Positions 62,567 through 64,000 of a stretch of 64,000 nucleotides of DNA are shown here, piece after piece. The notes beneath the pieces are model-generated. The model saw only the letters and a program-made list of their open reading frames with translations, searched no databases and was not told the DNA's origin. Position 1 is the first letter of the stretch. Each line of letters begins with the position of its first letter. This DNA comes from Azolla caroliniana (Eukaryota > Plantae > Polypodiophyta). The position numbers were made by a program, and so were the translations under genes. The stretch lies in contig JBHGNT010000017.1 of the NCBI GenBank assembly GCA_043228905.1, positions 5,270,001-5,334,000 of the forward strand. Reading direction: 5' to 3'.

Positions 62567-63296
62567 TGTTGGGAACTCGACGTTCCTAATGTCCGACGCT
62601 CGGCCACAACCGAGATTCTTTACATACACAGAAAAACAGGTAATGAAACGCGACACAAAAGAGGAGAAATGGTACACAGGAGGTATACGTGGAAAACCCC
62701 AAAATAGGGGAAAAAACCACGGCAGCCCACAAGCTGCAAACTGTCACTATGCAGAAATATACAACAGTGAGATCACTGAGGCAACGACCTCGTGTCTCAG
62801 ATCTTCGCCACAGGCGGCGGTTACAACAGAGGCAACAACCTCGTCTCTCTCTCTCTCTCTCTCCGTCTCTCTATACAGTTACGCGCTCTGATTTCTTCTT
62901 GCACCAACAAGAAAGAAAAATAACAAGAATGACAACAACGACTAAAAGTTTGCCCTAAGTCATATTTATACTAATATGACTTTTCGGCTATTTACAAATG
63001 TAGCCTCGATGGGCTCCATCCGGCTCTCCGCAGTCGGGTACTCTTCATCCGGCTCTCCGCAGTCGGGTACTCCTCATCCGGTTCATACCGGGCCTACACC
63101 ATCCGACTCTCCGCAGTCGGGTACTCCTCATCCGGTTCATACCGGGCCTACACCATCCGACTCTCCGCAGCCGGGTACTCCTCATCCGGTTCATACCGGG
63201 CCTACACCATCCGACTCTCCGCAGTCGGGTACTCCTCATCCGGTTCATCGGCACTGGTCTTCTCACTTCCCATCCGGAGGGACCTGTCTACCAACA
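62567..63296 (-). mobile_element. Solo LTR (730 bp) of a Tnt1-like Copia related to E
   Basis: TGTTGGGAA..CCAACA; flanked by TCGAAC on both sides; shares CGTGGAAAACCC, CGCCACAGGCGGCGG and TATA region with E LTRs. Confidence 0.9.
63019..63249. repeat. 54-bp tandem repeat array in U3 of the solo LTR
   Basis: CCGACTCTCCGCAGTCGGGTACTCCTCATCCGGTTCATACCGGGCCTACACCAT, about 3.5 copies plus one partial. Confidence 0.92.
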
Positions 63297-63807
63297 TCGA
63301 ACACACAATTACGAAGAGGTAGATGGGCTTAGTGAATGTGCTAAACCACACGCTCTGATACCATGTTAAGAATTAGGTAATTAACTATGGGTTAATTAGT
63401 ACCTAATTATGTGGTTAAGCTAAGCGGAAGATTAAGTGATTGTGTGTGTATGTGTGTGTGTGTGTGTGTGAGAGGAAGAAAGAGAGGAAGTTAACACTTA
63501 TGAATAACACAAGATGGGGGATGATTAACTCTATATTAAATTAGCATCATCATCAAATACAAAAATACCTACAATGAGGTATATGTAGATCTCATCGCAA
63601 GGGTGCACATGTGTGAGGAGAATATAGGTACAAAGGTGTAAGTCCTATATTAGTACTTGGGAGTGGAGGATCTAGAATATCCCACTTAAGTACAAGGTCC
63701 TACTTAAGGCGTTATAGTCACCACTCCTAACTAGATTCTATCTAGCTAACTACGACGTTACATGGTTGACTAAATAACTAAAGTAAGTTGAGCTTGATCT
63801 CTCAACA

Positions 63808-64000
63808 AAAACGTACATCCATGTGGACCAATTCTAGTGCACATTCTCTTCTCTTTGGTGGCCTAGAGTGAAATGCGGCTCTATTTTGTTTTTCGGCCAG
63901 GCAATCCACGCATTTTTCAAAATGCATTTCTTTTGCTTCTGGAAGAATATTCTTCTCGTCTAGGATATGCATGCCTCTCTCGCTCATGTGACCAAGCCTT
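63808..64000 (-). pseudogene. GAG-pre-integrase/integrase fragment of a Tnt1-like Copia, continuing beyond the window
   Basis: CVDCLAEKQNRAAFHSRPP..LELVHMDV matches element E. Confidence 0.85.

Larger units (their letters stand above)
59590..63807 (-). mobile_element. 3'-truncated Copia element (F-related): 5' LTR, PBS, gag to RT N-terminus
   Basis: LTR 63364-63807 (TG..CTCTCAACA, end resembles F LTR); PBS TGGTATCAGAGC 63352-63363; gag, PR (YVDSG), integrase and RT fragments 59590-62450. Confidence 0.87.

Noticed and set aside
63019-63249. CRISPR-like array
   Set aside because: Units are contiguous with no unique spacers, there are no cas genes, and the context is a eukaryotic LTR
62976-63332. 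ORF with 18-aa repeats
   Set aside because: By-product of the 54-bp DNA repeat inside a solo LTR; non-ATG context unsupported by any other coding evidence

Overview
The window is a nest of LTR retrotransposons from a plant genome, probably a non-seed land plant (inferred from Tcn1-like chromoviruses and plant-type tRNA-iMet, tRNA-Trp and tRNA-Arg primer sites). I found no host gene. An old minus-strand Copia element (11713-46678) has grown to about 35 kb through four insertions with target-site duplications (TSDs): a chromovirus, an intact young Tnt1-like Copia, a second Copia, and a Gypsy that itself contains a Trp-primed Gypsy. A second Gypsy (from 47661) contains a chromovirus that contains a solo LTR. 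There is also a hAT MITE, further solo or partial LTRs, and a rearranged Copia gag block. The main leads concern priming. (1) Two diverged Gypsy families have no polypurine tract (PPT); instead they carry a conserved tRNA-Arg 3'-end copy (an inverted primer-binding site, PBS) next to the 3' LTR. (2) Two chromovirus families with otherwise dissimilar LTRs both carry an antisense tRNA-like A-box/B-box module at the start of U3 and show Tf1-type self-priming complementarity. Coordinates were read by eye and identity values are approximate.
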